Assembly: GCA_965649765.1 (NCBI GenBank)
Contig: OZ287761.1
Span: 15,624,001-15,688,000, forward strand
Direction: 5' to 3'
Source: Bispira polyomma
Lineage: Eukaryota
DNA: 64,000 bases
The translations under genes and the position numbers were made by a program. Under the pieces are notes generated by a model. The model did not search any database, was not told the origin of the DNA, and saw nothing but the letters and a program-made list of their open reading frames with translations. Of the stretch, positions 62,875-64,000 are shown one piece after another. Position 1 is the first letter of the stretch. The number at the start of each line of letters is the position of its first letter.

Positions 62875-64000
62875 TGGTGAATTATATGGCACACAGAGAA
62901 TACTGATTAACATGGAACCATAAAGTGTTGTCACCAGTGTGTCACACTTTTAGTCACATGTTTCCTTAGTCCTTATGCCTTTTATGGGTGTGAGTATAAG
63001 ATGGCCAGTCACTAACCATGTGTTTCCCCAGGCTTTCATGGGTGTGATTATAGATGGTCAGCCATTCCCAATCATTAAAATTTACAAAAATTACTATCAA
63101 ATACTGCTTATAAATAATGACTGAAATATAAATACATGTAATATAAAATTATACTGGCTGGTCAGTCTTAAGATAGGCTTCCATACTTAGGCCACAGCCA
63201 TCACAAGATTGGCGAAATCCTACGTTAGGCTCACAGATCAAAATTGATTCATTCTCAAGCAGAAGCTACAGTTCTGTAAAGATTTTAAGTAAAACAAATC
63301 CAACAAAGCAACGCATCAGTCACACAATTCAACAATATTTTAATTACTTATCGATGACATTAGATACTATTTAGTACATTTTAATGTATAACCTTATGGT
63401 TGAAACAAATAGTTAAACATCTCAAAATATATTACCTGTTTATCAGTGGCTTTTATAATCCTTAATCACCAGCCTTGTAAACTAGTTAACTTCTTTGTAT
63501 CTACATCTTTAGGTGGTTGCAGCAAAACTACGGTTAACTTCCTTTAACATTAACTGCAAACCTTTTTTGGGGGTGCTGCTGTTCAATGCTTGCCTATTGT
63601 ACAAAATAATTAGTCATTGAATCATTGTATACCTTTTATAAACTGTGTTTATACTTTGGCAGTAATTAATGAATAAATTCCAACTTTTTTTAATGGTGTC
63701 CATAAAGTGTACAACACTTTTGTTAGCTTTTTGTACAAACACATTGCACCATTAATAGCACTGTCTAAACAAGGTGTTTTGTCCTCTTCTTCTTTTAAAA
63801 TGTGTTAGTTTTAATAAATCACGGGTGCCATAACTGAATTTTTCTAAAATTTATTACAAAATCTGAAGACATTAACCTTTTCAATGTAGGTTTTTCTACA
63901 TTCTGTTTGTTTTATTGTTCTTTTGTGGGACGCAAACAATACGTATGAATTAACCTTTTATATTATTTGTTCTTGTTTGAAAGCAGACAAAAAGTCACAA

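Overview
AT-rich eukaryotic (animal) genomic DNA, probably a lophotrochozoan such as a mollusc; the taxon is inferred from gene structure and repeat types. The main feature is an intact, spliced NR4A-family nuclear receptor gene (Nurr1/Nur77/HR38 type) on the minus strand. I rebuilt it by hand from 8 phase-compatible GT-AG exons between 31466 and 20589, giving 667 aa from an MLVLQAQ start. It has the C4 zinc-finger DBD (P-box CEGCKG), the A/T-box [10 protein letters not shown] and an LBD ending in LPF*. About 30 kb of upstream/intronic DNA holds several candidate alternative first exons, one ending in a GC donor that would give an 817-aa isoform. It also holds a dense CRE cluster at about 45.1-45.5 kb, scattered perfect CREs, a CArG box and E-box arrays, as expected for an immediate-early gene. 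Downstream lie AU-rich elements and a 29-bp-period array of NBRE sites, the motif NR4A itself binds. The rest is repeat-rich: a decayed LINE ORF1, L2-type LINE 3' ends, tRNA-derived SINEs, Tc1/mariner-, PIF/Harbinger- and Kolobok-like MITEs, a Helentron-like element with nested insertions, and minisatellites. There are no prokaryotic features (no CRISPR, no operons), and most ORF-track entries are spurious.
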